DNA of 64,000 nucleotides, taken from positions 4,192,001-4,256,000 of the forward strand of contig OZ244999.1 of assembly GCA_965223265.1 (NCBI GenBank), written 5' to 3'. Shown here piece by piece: positions 51,839-61,737 of this stretch. Made by a program: the position numbers and the translations under genes. The notes below the pieces were generated by a model. It was given only the letters and a program-made list of their open reading frames with translations. It made no database searches and was not told the origin of the DNA. Positions within the stretch are counted from its first letter, which is position 1; each line of letters begins with the position of its first letter. Source of the stretch: Planctomycetota bacterium. GTDB lineage: Bacteria; Planctomycetota; UBA8108; SXIK01.

Positions 51839-53473
51839 TTGAGCGAGCTTGTCGACTACTACAGCTTGTTCCGCGCGCCGGCGTACAACTCGCATCACCC
51901 GAAACCCGCGGGCGCGAAGAACGTCGTCGGCCAGTTCGACCCGATGAACTGCATCTTGTACCTCGACGGCGACGTTTCAGATGCGCTCGACGCGAGCGAC
52001 GGGAGCCCGGAATTCGAGGTGGAGGATGCCGGGAGCCCCATCCTCCTTCCGTTCTCGACGTTTCTTCACGAAATCATTCACTGGTGGCAACATGTCGGGA
52101 CGACGTCGGGGCTGTTCTACGGATTGAGCATCCCCACGCAGGCGCTGTCGACGGCCAAGTACTTGTCCGAGTTCGGGGCCGAACTTCCCAAACCGCTCAC
52201 CCACAGCGTGACGAGCTCCCTGCCGTCCGAACATCCCGCCTTGCTGTCTGTGCTGCGATGGAGCGAGCTCGAGCTCGGCGCCTCTCTTCTGTTCGACCCG
52301 ATGACGACTTCCTACACGCTTCGGTCCCGGAGACGGTTCTATGAATCGCTCGGCCACGCGCTCCTCTTGACGCACATCAGCACGATGAGCGCGGTCTCAT
52401 CGATTCTGGACCCTGGTCGAAGGGGTCTCCCCGATCCGGATCCGTGGATCGACCTCTACGATCGATTCGTGAAGGATGAACGGCCGTGTTTCACTCCGAG
52501 GGAGATCATCGAGTTCGCCATCGGCCTGCGCGAGCTCGCAGAAGGGCAGGCGCGTGTCTCCGAAATCCAGTATCGCTCCCTCGCCTATGAAACGATGACA
52601 TGGTCGGAGGTCAAGGCGCGTGGGCTGCTCGCGGGTGTCTACGCGACAGCGTTCGAGGAGTTTCTCCGCCTCACGGGATTCGATGAGCCCTCCCACCCGA
52701 TCGACGCGTCGGTCAATCTCTTCCTTCTCTTGTGCGACATCTCATTGAATCCGGCGGAGGGATACGCCGACGACATCGCCGACGACGGAAAGTTCGTTTA
52801 CCGCGTTCATCCTGGCATTCGGTTCCTGAAGCTCTGCGATCTCGCCAAGGGCAACCAAGGACTTCTTGCGCGGCTGAAGACGCTCTCGGCCGAGAGCTAC
52901 GATGTCGTATCCGAAGCCCTTTGCGGAGATGCGGAATGGCCGACTCCGAGAGAAATCGGGCGCCGCGCTCTTTTGCGCCTCGAGCACATGTCGAACTGGC
53001 AGGAGGTTCAAGCGCAACGGGAAGCGGGAGACTACGGCTCTCGGGATGCGCCCATCCGCTTCTACTTCGCCGAGCATCACGCGTTTCTGAAGACGAAGGT
53101 GGAGCTGCCCCATCTCTTCTGCTGGCCGGCGTCCTTCTTGACCTCGAAGGCAGAGAGTGACCCGGCTGAGGCTGAAGCTGTTCAGGAAGTGCTCTCGTGG
53201 CACATGCCACCGTTCCTTGCGAGCTCGCTCGAGTCGGGTGTGGACTCCGTCAACTTGTCGCGGATGGCTCCCGATCGGCGAAGTCAGTTCGTGAGCGACT
53301 ACTTCGCGACCCAGGTGCTGTACGACCTCGTGCGGCAATGGATCAGCAAGCCCGGTCGATTCGAGTTCGCGTACCGCTGGAAGCCCGCGCTTTCGGGCGA
53401 GGAGCAGAGCATCCTGCGCCAGCGCTTCGACACGAGCCTCGGTATCCGTCTGGCGGACATCCGTCCCGCGTGA
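51839..53473 (+). CDS. HExxH zinc-metallopeptidase-like protein
   Basis: TFLHEIIHWWQH and downstream ELAEG (gluzincin-type third ligand); starts 3 bp after the small ORF. Confidence 0.65.
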   Translation: MSELVDYYSLFRAPAYNSHHPKPAGAKNVVGQFDPMNCILYLDGDVSDALDASDGSPEFEVEDAGSPILLPFSTFLHEIIHWWQHVGTTSGLFYGLSIPTQALSTAKYLSEFGAELPKPLTHSVTSSLPSEHPALLSVLRWSELELGASLLFDPMTTSYTLRSRRRFYESLGHALLLTHISTMSAVSSILDPGRRGLPDPDPWIDLYDRFVKDERPCFTPREIIEFAIGLRELAEGQARVSEIQYRSLAYETMTWSEVKARGLLAGVYATAFEEFLRLTGFDEPSHPIDASVNLFLLLCDISLNPAEGYADDIADDGKFVYRVHPGIRFLKLCDLAKGNQGLLARLKTLSAESYDVVSEALCGDAEWPTPREIGRRALLRLEHMSNWQEVQAQREAGDYGSRDAPIRFYFAEHHAFLKTKVELPHLFCWPASFLTSKAESDPAEAEAVQEVLSWHMPPFLASSLESGVDSVNLSRMAPDRRSQFVSDYFATQVLYDLVRQWISKPGRFEFAYRWKPALSGEEQSILRQRFDTSLGIRLADIRPA

Positions 53474-53584
53474 GGCGTTGGCCTACCGAACCTCAAGGGG
53501 GCGGGGTCGGTGGGCGGATGCCGCACGGCGACCTTGAGAAAGTGCAAGCTCCAGCGCACGAGCGAGCCACTCGATGGGCTCCCC

Positions 53585-53662
53585 GCTCTCGTGCCGCTCT
53601 CTCCAGGGCCGCCATTCCGGCGCTGCTCAGTGCGCGCCCTGGTGCAGCCGATGGTTTGCGGG
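53585..53662 (-). other. Degenerate attC-like site
   Basis: Directly after the stop: CCCGCAAAC-CATCGGCTGCAC-CAGGGCG...GGCCCTGG-AGAGAGCGGCACG; left boxes and stem present, terminal GTT box absent. Confidence 0.4.
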
Positions 53663-55570
53663 CTACTTGCGACGGTTCCGCTTCCGGGACTCGCGAGCGA
53701 GTTTCCTTCTCCTCTTATCAGCGTCCTTCTTCTTGCTTGTGCCCTTTCTAGTTCCGGCAGAACGCTCTCGATTGCGCGTCGCCTCCGGGTAACGGCTCGA
53801 CACAGAAGGGTCTGAGGATTCCCAAGACCTGGCGAGCCTGTTCCAATCGACAGCCTGCCTGGGTCCAATATTTGACATGATCTGGGTGGGGGCGTGTCGG
53901 GCACGGACCGCAGCAATGGACTCCTCGTCGAGATCGAGAACCGGGAAACTCACCTTGGCATCTGCCAGCGTCATGCTCTTGGTCAGCCATCCTCTGGTTG
54001 TTTCTTGAACTATCTCGTCTAGGAACTGAGGGATGCTCCGGACGATTCTACGGATTCCAGAACCGGCGGGATTCCTGTCTAATGCTCCGCGCAGGAGGGG
54101 GAGATTGGCCGCGATGGTCGTCCCCACTTCGTGCCAGACCTTCCATGATCCGATTCCACCCCTCAACAGGAGCATGTCAATGACTTCGACCCCTTCCACA
54201 GCGCGTTTCAGCACGTTCGAGAGCTCTCGGTCTCGTGCCGTGTCCGAAAGGTCCCGAAAGGCTCGAAGTTGCCGCAGCCCTTCTCGAGTCCGCGACTCCA
54301 TCGCTTGGACCATTCGAGCGCCTTGTGCTGGGATGGCGCCCTTGGCCTGCACGTGCAACGCCGTATTCGTAGTCGGCTCGTAGGCAAGTACGTCCATTTC
54401 GCCACAAGACCAGCGGATGTTCCGCTCTACCGTCAGACCATCTATCTCGCTGAGCAACGAGATCGCTTCGTCGATGAGGGCAGGTTCGAGGTGGGAGGAG
54501 ACCTCGTCGTGAAAGCGGCTCGGGTCGAGTTTGTTCAGTGCGTAGGCAATGTTCCGTGAGGACAACATACGTTGAACCACGTCGGGGTTAAACATCACCG
54601 AGGTCGGTGTCGTCTTCCATATTGGCGGAAAGAATCCGTCGCCGGCGCCACTTGGGATCGTGGATTCTGGGTCCAGCTCGTAGAGACGTAGCATGCTATC
54701 AATAAGGTCGAACTCGAGCCCGGTAAGCGCTTGAATGAGGCCGTGAACAAAGCTCGACTTCAGATGCACTGCGGTCCACTCAAGCATTTCTCCAAACGCG
54801 CTTTGGTCTTGCACAGGGCGGAGAGAGCCCCGTGCCTTCCGCCCAAACCCATCGGCAAGAGCTAAGCAGGAGTCCGCGATCGCAAACCACGCCCTCCGAA
54901 GGGCGTTGAACTGCTCTACGTTTCCACCGATTGCCTCTTGGAAGCCGGCGGCGGTGATGATCGGCGCTTCTACCGCGCACTCTCCGATTTCCTGGTATCT
55001 AATGGCAACCGTCTTCGCGAAAAGGTCCCCTCGCTGCTTGCCTACTTGGAAGTCGATTATCTGGTTCGGGATTGGTGCCGGGCGAATGTAGAACGGTTTC
55101 GCGACCTCCGTCATGACGATGTCTCGTGCTTCAAGGAGGGAGACTTCGTCGTTTGCATGCTTCAGTGCGAACCCCGTCCGTCGACTACCCGATACTGTGT
55201 AGTAGTCGCGATGCACCTCTGGCATGAGCTCGCAAAAGTGACCGTATTGGATCAAAGTCTGAATTTCGAGCAGGAGCGAAGGGTCGTCTGAGAACGGTGA
55301 AAACGCGTCCAACGCGTCCGCGCCGATTTCTTCGCGTGGACATCGGAGCAGGAGATCAACAAGGTAAGAGAGTCGACTGATGAGAGCTTGACCGGCGTCC
55401 TGGCGAGGCAAGGTCCCCTTCTTGTCCAAGCGATCACCGTGGAACAGGCTGTCGACCATGCTGTACAGTCCCGACAAGACTGTTCTCAGTGGAAGGCGGA
55501 GTACCCGGAGATCCCCGACAAGTTCGTCAAGCTCCCGCTCGAAGAGACCGAGTGCTTTAGCTGATTCCAC
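53663..55570 (-). CDS. Hypothetical protein with C-terminal PD-(D/E)XK-like domain and basic tail
   Basis: 635-aa ORF, GGAGG RBS; GEMDVLAYE....LHVQAK...Q motif; ends KKKDADKRRRKLARESRKRNRRK. Confidence 0.65.
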   Translation of the reverse strand: MESAKALGLFERELDELVGDLRVLRLPLRTVLSGLYSMVDSLFHGDRLDKKGTLPRQDAGQALISRLSYLVDLLLRCPREEIGADALDAFSPFSDDPSLLLEIQTLIQYGHFCELMPEVHRDYYTVSGSRRTGFALKHANDEVSLLEARDIVMTEVAKPFYIRPAPIPNQIIDFQVGKQRGDLFAKTVAIRYQEIGECAVEAPIITAAGFQEAIGGNVEQFNALRRAWFAIADSCLALADGFGRKARGSLRPVQDQSAFGEMLEWTAVHLKSSFVHGLIQALTGLEFDLIDSMLRLYELDPESTIPSGAGDGFFPPIWKTTPTSVMFNPDVVQRMLSSRNIAYALNKLDPSRFHDEVSSHLEPALIDEAISLLSEIDGLTVERNIRWSCGEMDVLAYEPTTNTALHVQAKGAIPAQGARMVQAMESRTREGLRQLRAFRDLSDTARDRELSNVLKRAVEGVEVIDMLLLRGGIGSWKVWHEVGTTIAANLPLLRGALDRNPAGSGIRRIVRSIPQFLDEIVQETTRGWLTKSMTLADAKVSFPVLDLDEESIAAVRARHAPTQIMSNIGPRQAVDWNRLARSWESSDPSVSSRYPEATRNRERSAGTRKGTSKKKDADKRRRKLARESRKRNRRK

Positions 55571-55828
55571 GGCTCCACCTCCTGGTGGCTATCGCGTGTC
55601 GCGCGGCTCTCATGTCGCTTGCGTCTCCTCCGAATGTGCGCCGCAACCGACCTGAAGAGAGAGGCGCCGTCACGCGGCCTTCTCGTCTCCATTCGCTCTT
55701 GTTCGATCTCCACCCAGAAAGCTGACGCAGTAAAGGGTCCGTGTCGAACCTTCGAACCTCCTCCAAATTGTAGGAGTAGCCAGGAACCACTTCGGCGTGT
55801 CAAACCGACGCTGGCGAAGGCTGTCCGA

Positions 55829-56701
55829 TTAAAGAATGCTCTGTACTCGCTGCACCTCTTGCTTGAGTTCAGAGGAGGTCTGAAACACAGGTTGGTCATC
55901 TCCGCTCAACACCGCGTCGATCAGCGATGCGAGCGGATCCGGTACATCGCTACGCCGCGTCCCGATGGGTACAGGATCGTTGTATGCAACTGCCGCGTCT
56001 GGCGTCATTGTGCTTGGGAATTCCCGTGGAAGTGAGTCGGTGAGAAGGAAGTACAGCACTGCAGCGGCAGCCCACACGTCCACCTCAGGACCAGCATATT
56101 TGTAGTCGCGCAACTGCTTTCGGCAAATAAACGCGTACGTTCCGCCGCAGTCTCCAGTAACGGTCATACCGCTCAGGCCAGCGGCTTCGAACGCCTTCGA
56201 CAGTCCGAAATCAGCAATCTTGGCAGTTCGGGATGTCCCGCTGCCGGAAAACAGTACGTTCGCCGGCTTTAGATCTCGGTGAACGATTCCTTGGTACGTA
56301 GAGACTGTTCCGTCGGCGAGGCGAGTCGTGACTGTCGCGCCCTCGAGGTACTCCAGACCTTCAAGAACGTCTAGAACTACCGACAATGCCTCATCCACGG
56401 ATAGCGGCGCGATCGCGCGGGCGTCGCCTCCGTCGCAGAATTCCATCCAGTAGCAAAGCTCGGAGCTTTCCGTCGAAATACCTTCTATCGCGACTACGTT
56501 CTTGTGCGAAACGTCGGACAGTAGCTGCATCTCGCGAAGAAAAAGTTGCTTGGAGAAATCATTCGTAGTCAAAGTGGGGAGAATACGCTTTAGAGCCAGC
56601 AGTCGACGTGAGCCTAGCTCTCGTATTAGATGTACCTCTCCCATACCGTCCGCCTTGATCGGCTGAACGTACTCGAATCCGTCGGGTATCCAAACGGTCA
56701 T
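55829..56701 (-). CDS. Hanks-type Ser/Thr protein kinase (catalytic domain only)
   Basis: GMGEV, ALK, FLRE, VHRDLKPANVL, ADFGLSK, DVWA. Confidence 0.9.
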   Translation of the reverse strand: MTVWIPDGFEYVQPIKADGMGEVHLIRELGSRRLLALKRILPTLTTNDFSKQLFLREMQLLSDVSHKNVVAIEGISTESSELCYWMEFCDGGDARAIAPLSVDEALSVVLDVLEGLEYLEGATVTTRLADGTVSTYQGIVHRDLKPANVLFSGSGTSRTAKIADFGLSKAFEAAGLSGMTVTGDCGGTYAFICRKQLRDYKYAGPEVDVWAAAAVLYFLLTDSLPREFPSTMTPDAAVAYNDPVPIGTRRSDVPDPLASLIDAVLSGDDQPVFQTSSELKQEVQRVQSIL

Positions 56702-58056
56702 TGACCTTCCCGTCTATCCTCAGTGGCTTTCGCATCGGCTTCTTCTAACCGTTCCAGGAAACGTTCGAGCTTCGGAAAATCGTCCCGTAGGCCGTCAGTT
56801 TTCGCTCGAGCGATCTGATCCCGTGCGGCTTCAACGTCGGCGCGTGCTGCGCTTGGGTCACCCGCAAGAAAGCGGTTAGCCGCTCGAGCGCCAAGCGCGC
56901 CGGCCAGTTTCCCACGCATCAGAGCTCGCCCATCAACGTCGACCAGAAAAGTGAAGACACTGACTGCTCGGTCAAGTGGAAGCATCGCCTTCTCAGTGGC
57001 ACCCAAATCGCGATACGCGCAGCCGGCCCAGTAGTAGGATAGGGCTAACGCGAAGCGATATTCTCGACGGCCCTGTCCGCCAACGAGCCCTTCATACAGT
57101 TTCGACGCAACGAGCGCATGTTTGAGCGCGGCCCTGTAGTCGCCGGTGACGTGCCGTCGTTCTGACTTGCTGCGGTGAGCTTGTGCCAGGAGTGCGCGGA
57201 GGTGCACTTTCGGAGTCGCTCCAACGACCGTCTCCACCGACTCGATTGCTCGGTCGACGAGACGTTCAGCCTTCTCCGTTTTCCGGAGATCGCGCAAGCA
57301 TTGCGCGCGCACCAGCCGGGCATTCGCAACATCTTCGAGTAGGTCGAGCGAATCGGGTAATTCACGAAGTCCGCGCAACGGCACTACGATGGCGTAAAAA
57401 GTTTCCGTCAAAGCGTCCTCGATGCGCTTGACTGCGACCAACGACTGCGCTCTCACAAGATGGGCCTTCGAGCGAGCTCGTCGGTCATCGAGGCTCAGCC
57501 TTCCGACGTTCGGAAGTTCGCGGAGTATCTCCGTACAGACGCTGCTCGATTCTTCGAATCGAGACAGGGCGCGAAGTACGACAGCTTCGTTAATTCCCAT
57601 CTGAATCCCGCGCAGTCGAAGTTTTTCTTCGCTCGCGCCCTCGCTCTCGAAGAGTCGCAGCAGAAACTCTCTGGCGGACCGCAAGTCGCCCAGAGCCTCC
57701 TCGCTTGGGCCAAACCAAACAGTCCGGTAGAGCGCTTGATGCTCGACGGCCCAGGCGTAGAAACGACGGCTTGGGCTACCGGAGTCTCTCCTTTCGGCTT
57801 CGAGCATATCGCGCATCCGAATCGTCGCTGAAAGCGCTGACTCGATCGCCCCGGCGGCTTCAAACGCGAGCGCCATGTTCATTAGTGCCTGTGCGCGTAC
57901 CAGCCGAGCATCGACGTTCGGTATGGGCGGCATGGGAGAATTCACGAGTCGGAAATACGCACGCGCGTCTACGAGCGCCCTCGCTCGCCCGGTCACTTTC
58001 TGAGTCCGGGGATTCTGGACCAACGAGCAGTGTTCCGAGCCCAGTCGGGATTCCAC
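56698..58056 (-). CDS. TPR-like repeat protein (start uncertain)
   Basis: Helical repeats such as YEGLV..QGRRE....LA..Y...G..Y.DLG....A....DRA; ATGA coupling with the kinase. Confidence 0.65.
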   Translation of the reverse strand: MESRLGSEHCSLVQNPRTQKVTGRARALVDARAYFRLVNSPMPPIPNVDARLVRAQALMNMALAFEAAGAIESALSATIRMRDMLEAERRDSGSPSRRFYAWAVEHQALYRTVWFGPSEEALGDLRSAREFLLRLFESEGASEEKLRLRGIQMGINEAVVLRALSRFEESSSVCTEILRELPNVGRLSLDDRRARSKAHLVRAQSLVAVKRIEDALTETFYAIVVPLRGLRELPDSLDLLEDVANARLVRAQCLRDLRKTEKAERLVDRAIESVETVVGATPKVHLRALLAQAHRSKSERRHVTGDYRAALKHALVASKLYEGLVGGQGRREYRFALALSYYWAGCAYRDLGATEKAMLPLDRAVSVFTFLVDVDGRALMRGKLAGALGARAANRFLAGDPSAARADVEAARDQIARAKTDGLRDDFPKLERFLERLEEADAKATEDRREGQ

Positions 58057-58612
58057 GAACTCTACCGGAGAGCCGCATCTCTTGGTCTTGCCGTGGTCTT
58101 GAGCGAGAGACCGAATTCGGTGTCCGCGCGCTCCGGTGTGAGCTTCGCCACGTTCTCAGCTACCTCTGCGAGCCGCGGGACGGCGGCGAAATCGATCTTT
58201 CCCTCGTCAGTCTCCTTCCTTCTCGATCCCCGCCTTCTCCAGGTAGCGGTCGATTTCGCCGCGCCGGGTGGGTCCCCAGGCAGAGAAGCGGATCGTCAGG
58301 CCTCTTCGGTCGGCTTCGTGCTAGAGCTTTCCGAGGAGATGTTCGGGGACCGGCTGGAACGCGTCACGCCGGCCCTGGGTTCCCACCACCCAAGCCTCTG
58401 TCTTTTCTTGCGGACGGTCGGGGGCCGCCCATTGCGGCCGCGTTGCGTCTCCCTCCACTCGAGACTCGAGATAGTCGTTTCTGACCTCGGTGAACTCCTC
58501 AATGACGACGCGCTCGGCGTAACTCCCTACGTATCGGGGGTTTCCTTGACGCTCGCCTTGAAGGCCGAGCGGAGTGCTTGCGGCACGGCGTACGACGTGT
58601 CACCTTGGGACC

Positions 58613-59875
58613 ATGCGAGCACTCCGCCTCCTTCTCTTCTCCGATGAACTCTCCCTCATGGACGCGAACGCGCGGGAGGTGTTGAAGGGGTTCGAGTATC
58701 AGGTCTTCGACGAGACGGACGCGACTCACGCGGGCGCGACACGCCAGCTCGCGCATGGCCTCGAGATCGATATCGCGCCCGTCGACGCGATCGAGGAGAC
58801 TATCAGTCAGCGCAACGCGATTAATCGTGCGTACGATGCGTATGCACTCTATACCTTGCGTGTGTGGCGGCTGGGGACGTCGCTCCTTGAGTACGCCCAG
58901 CGTATCCGAGCGCATACCGGTGTCGCGGAGTCAGGGCTGCGGCTTGCGTGCTTGCCGATTGTCGTCATGAACCCGCTGGATCGGGTGGCTGGCGAAGATC
59001 CTCGCTCGGGCGACTTCGGCGCGCTCATGGGCATGCCGCATGTCTACGCCGCGTACCGCGACGAGGTGTTCGCGGACTGTGTCGCTCGAGCCCTTGCCAG
59101 TTGGCACACCGACCTCTTGGGGCAACTCGAGTACGTCGGCTACGCGATCTCGCTCGACGCCCAAGGGCAGTGGCAGGTGGACGCTGCGTTTCGTCGTAGC
59201 GAGCGCGAAGCAGAGTTCTTCGCCGCGCCGCAGCTCGACGCGCTGCGGCACCAAAGCGTCTTTCGTGTCTCGCGCGACGCGCTTGCGATCGGGCGAGCAC
59301 TCGCCGGCCTCGAGCGTGCCCTACGTGAAGCGGAGGGGCTGCGCCCCAAGCAGCGAGAACCCCGCATGCAGCGCTGTTTCGAGGAGTATCCCGAGCTATT
59401 GACCCAAGGACTCTTCGAAACGCTGTGGGCCGAACCGGAGTTGCCAAACGCAGATCCGCTCCGGCGCGGCATTCGTCCGGATTTCGTCGCCGCCGGCAAC
59501 CCCTCATGGGACCACGTGCTTCCACCGCGCGTGTACGAACTCAAGTCTCCCGCGTTTCGAGTAGCCATCGCCCGTAAGGCGACTCAGGATCTGCACAAGG
59601 CGCTTGAGCAGCTTAGTGACCGATATCGCCAGTACTTTGCGGATCCTCGCAATCGTCCGATCCAGGAAGATCGGCTTGGACGCGCGATTGTTCAGCCCAG
59701 ACTCATGCTCGTGATCGGTCGGGATCGCTGGAAACAAGACTGGCTCGACCTCGACGAGCTACAGGCTGCAAGCGAGCACGACGACGTGAGTATCGTGAGC
59801 TACGACGAGATCGGGGCCGCGGGCGAGCGCCAGCTTGACCTCTTACGTCGTCTGGCGTTCCGGCTCAAGCGCTGA
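58613..59875 (+). CDS. Shedu/DUF4263-like nuclease with receiver-like N-terminus (paralogue 1)
   Basis: E..MQ..FE.YP.LL, RPDFV, VYELKSP, ALEQL...Y..YF, PRLMLVIGR, IVSYDEI. Confidence 0.75.
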   Translation: MRALRLLLFSDELSLMDANAREVLKGFEYQVFDETDATHAGATRQLAHGLEIDIAPVDAIEETISQRNAINRAYDAYALYTLRVWRLGTSLLEYAQRIRAHTGVAESGLRLACLPIVVMNPLDRVAGEDPRSGDFGALMGMPHVYAAYRDEVFADCVARALASWHTDLLGQLEYVGYAISLDAQGQWQVDAAFRRSEREAEFFAAPQLDALRHQSVFRVSRDALAIGRALAGLERALREAEGLRPKQREPRMQRCFEEYPELLTQGLFETLWAEPELPNADPLRRGIRPDFVAAGNPSWDHVLPPRVYELKSPAFRVAIARKATQDLHKALEQLSDRYRQYFADPRNRPIQEDRLGRAIVQPRLMLVIGRDRWKQDWLDLDELQAASEHDDVSIVSYDEIGAAGERQLDLLRRLAFRLKR

Positions 59876-59881
59876 CCCCTA

Positions 59882-61141
59882 TTAGAGATCGCTACCGCGT
59901 CGCAGGATGCGTTGAGCGGCGTAGAAGTCTCTTCTGCCCGCATCGAGGATGTCGTCGTACTGGATGATGCCCACGTCGTTCCAGGGGCTGTTCGCGGTAA
60001 ACTCCTCGATGCGCCGTGCTTCGTCGTCCATCGGTCGGCGCCCGATGATGAGAGCGTATCGAGGATGTTCGAGCACCTGCTGCAAGACGCGCCGCTGTTC
60101 TGGCACCGTCTCGAGGTCTTCAAAGTAGCTCCCGTAGCGCAAGCGCAATTGCTCAAGTGCTCGTACAACAAAGGCTGAGGGCGTGCCGCGCTCGAGGAGG
60201 GAGCGTTCAGACGATTTGATCTCGACGACTTCCCAGCCCTCCGCTCCGGCACTCTCGACAGGCCCAAGCACGAAATCAGGAATGATCGTTCCCTTGAGCG
60301 GATTGGGATGTTTGAGCTGAGGGCGTGACCAATGACGCTCGAAGAGCCCGCGTCGCACTAAGACGGGGTGGGTTTCAAAGCACTGCTGCAACCGATACTC
60401 CTGCTCTGCCGGTTTCAGGTGACGCACATGATTCAGCACGTACTCCAACTGCCGATACGGGGCAAAGCTCTCAAACAGGTCCTGATGGACCAATAGGTAT
60501 CCGGATTGTCGGAGGCTGCGAGGTGTACTCTCGGACGAAAACATGCGACTTGCCCGGCGCCGGGAACGCCGAAGCGCGTGGGCGACCGTAATGGTCCCGT
60601 CGTCATTGAAGACGAGGCTATATCCCACGTAGTCCAGCTCGAGCAACAGCGAGCGCATCCAGTCGGCAAGCGCGTCCTCAAGAACGGTCTTGAACGCATG
60701 GCCCGGTTCGGCGATGTACGTCCACGGAATAGATCCGGCCGTGAACGAGGCTCCCTCGCGCGGTTGGCGATACAGGACCGCGTTCACATCGATCAGGATG
60801 ATCGGCGCGCAGTTCAAGCGCACCCCGCTCGGCGCGCAAACGTCATCGTAGAGCCCGCGCACCGGGCGTAGAACGGTCTTCTTGATCCACCCTTGGGTTT
60901 GCTCGAACGGGCGCAAATACGCTACCACGATCGCGTGGTAGCACACCGAGAGACGGCAGCGCTGAAGAAGATGGTCTGCGAGGCGGTGAAGGTGCGTTGC
61001 GTCGACCGTAAAGCCGTGCGCAGAGAGTTCGGTGGCAATCTCGTGGATCGACTGCACGCCGTCACTTGCGCGGCCGCCACGCAAATGCTTGAACTGCGTA
61101 GGGTCGAGGACAGGGTCGGTTCCGAAGAGTAGTCGATACAT
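59882..61141 (-). CDS. Shedu/DUF4263-like nuclease with receiver-like N-terminus (paralogue 2)
   Basis: E..LQ..FE.HP.LV, IPDFVL, VVEIKS, ALEQL...Y..YF, PRYALIIGR, IIQYDDI. Confidence 0.75.
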   Translation of the reverse strand: MYRLLFGTDPVLDPTQFKHLRGGRASDGVQSIHEIATELSAHGFTVDATHLHRLADHLLQRCRLSVCYHAIVVAYLRPFEQTQGWIKKTVLRPVRGLYDDVCAPSGVRLNCAPIILIDVNAVLYRQPREGASFTAGSIPWTYIAEPGHAFKTVLEDALADWMRSLLLELDYVGYSLVFNDDGTITVAHALRRSRRRASRMFSSESTPRSLRQSGYLLVHQDLFESFAPYRQLEYVLNHVRHLKPAEQEYRLQQCFETHPVLVRRGLFERHWSRPQLKHPNPLKGTIIPDFVLGPVESAGAEGWEVVEIKSSERSLLERGTPSAFVVRALEQLRLRYGSYFEDLETVPEQRRVLQQVLEHPRYALIIGRRPMDDEARRIEEFTANSPWNDVGIIQYDDILDAGRRDFYAAQRILRRGSDL

Positions 61142-61737
61142 CAAATCTCATCGTAGCGCGGTAACGGGGTGTCTCAAGGGAGCCTATCGCATAGGGCACT
61201 TCGTGGTTATGTGCGTGGGGCGGCGCAAGGACGTGCCGACGCGGCAGGCCGAGGGCTCGGCGGGTAGGGCCAACATCAACGCCTGTCGTCTGCGGCAGCT
61301 TTCGCAAGCTGTGACTCGACATGATCGAGGATCTGTCGGACGAGCGTGTTTCGCAGGACGGGGGCAGCGCTCTCCATGCGTCGGCGATGAACCGCGCCTC
61401 ATCTCCTAGTCTTATTCTGGTCTTGTCCGAAAGACCGCTGAGTGACGGCGCCTGTCCGCATTTGAACCGTAGCGCAGGAACGCCGTCAAGCGTAAGCTCT
61501 GTCTTCCGGATGCTTTGTGTGTCGCCACCGTCCGGTAACCGGCCGCTCTTGACTAACGTCGTTAGTCCCCAAGTCGGCGCTTGCGGGCGTTCGATTCCCC
61601 CTGCCTCCGCCAACTAATCCATCAATGAACCGGGAACGACGCCGATGCGGAAAACGGCGTTTCTCCGTTTCAGTCAGCGTTCGAGGTTTCGATCAGTCGT
61701 CTGCCACCACCCCTCTCTCCGAACACCTCAGAGATCC

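Noticed and set aside
61062-61613. 183-aa ORF upstream of Shedu paralogue 2
   Set aside because: No recognisable motif, overlaps the next gene, and cannot be told from a spurious ORF.
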